Source: Fonticula alba ATCC 38817 (lineage: Eukaryota > Protista > Nucleariida). From it: a DNA stretch of 48,743 nucleotides. Location: assembly GCA_000388065.2 (NCBI GenBank), contig KB932201.1, one strand, 5' to 3'. Shown piece by piece: positions 48,089-48,743 of this stretch (the stretch's first letter is position 1; every line of letters begins with the position of its first letter). The notes under the pieces were generated by a model. It saw only the letters and a program-made list of their open reading frames with translations, had not been told where the DNA came from and made no database searches. The position numbers and the translations under genes were made by a program.

Positions 48089-48743
48089 CGCGCGCCTCCG
48101 GGAGGTATGTGCAGGAGAGGGGAGGGGGGGGGGGCAGGCGAATGAGGGGCGAGGCGCAGGGGGCAAGAGGAGCAGGCACAAGGGAGGAGGCAGGAGGCCG
48201 AGACTGGGGCGGAGGGGGGTGGGGTGGCGAGCCGCCATTTCACATTCTGCTGCCCATGCAAGAGAGGGCGGCAGTCGGGCGGGGATCACCCGGACCCGGG
48301 GCACGATCGGCCGCCCCCCCCCCCGTTCCCCAGGGTGTGCGGGCTTTCTTCTCCCTCTCGGAACATTTCCCACCTGGCCCAGGGGCATGCCCGCCGGTCG
48401 GCGGCGATCTGCGGCCTCCAGGTGCCAACCCAAGGCGCACGCCCTCCGTACGCGCGAATAGCATTTGGCCCGCGGGTGCCGCCGGACGGGCCGCCATGTT
48501 GACGCCCCGAGCCACCAACAGGGGGCCGCCCCGCCTGCCCCCTCGCCCGGCCCTCACGCGGTCCCCGCATGCACCGGGAGAGAGAGAGAGAGAGAGAAAG
48601 AGACCGAAACGGAGGCTCGGCGATGAAGGGGAGGGCCGCCGGGGCGCGGGCGCCGGCCCATGTTGGCGCGCTGTGTGTGGCACGCCTGGGCCAGCTGCCA
48701 TCCGGCCCCGGACTAACACATGTCGACCGGGAGGACATTGTGT

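Noticed and set aside
77-48738. Hundreds of long overlapping Pro/Arg/Gly/Ala-rich ORFs, including antisense ORFs 27265-28554, 28626-29810 and 44543-46636
   Set aside because: Shadow ORFs caused by high GC and stop-codon scarcity, or by read-through of N-gaps; no domain motifs.
48729-48741. 13-bp match GGAGGACATTGTG to ~47303-47315
   Set aside because: Matches of this length are expected by chance in a 49-kb GC-rich window.
1-48743. tRNA, rRNA or transposon signatures
   Set aside because: No T-loop GGTTCRA cloverleaf, rRNA-like sequence, RT/transposase/integrase motif or terminal inverted repeats found by eye; the gaps could still hide such elements.

Overview
GC-rich (roughly 65-70% by eye), intron-rich eukaryotic draft-genome window with nine N-gaps. 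It contains 13 spliced protein-coding genes and no recognisable mobile element, CRISPR array, tRNA or rRNA. In order: Ser/Thr (TKL-like) protein kinase (-), HemW/RSAD1 radical-SAM protein (+), CHY zinc-finger protein (-), Sec14/CRAL-TRIO-GOLD protein (+), fungal-type kinesin-1 (-), Sec61 gamma (-), active myotubularin (+), eIF1A (-), GID8/TWA1 (+), fungal-type NADPH-oxidase regulator NoxR (-), arginyl-tRNA synthetase (+; 5' end in or before a gap) and NAA35/Mak10 (-; middle in a gap); counted strictly these are 12 identified genes, with a possible 13th hidden in the gap at 24121-24710. The introns I resolved are GT-AG with CTRAC-like branch points and C-run/microsatellite-rich bodies. Conserved domains are repeatedly interrupted by Ala/Gly/Ser/Pro-rich inserts. 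Fungal-type markers in a non-fungal-looking, G/C-run-rich genome suggest a holomycotan amoeba such as Fonticula alba (inference, not verified). I found no clear novel multi-gene system. The best leads are a complete fungal-architecture NoxR, an unexplained ~260-nt multi-hairpin element ending in a T-run (candidate ncRNA), and several deviant conserved motifs. Exon boundaries were read by eye.
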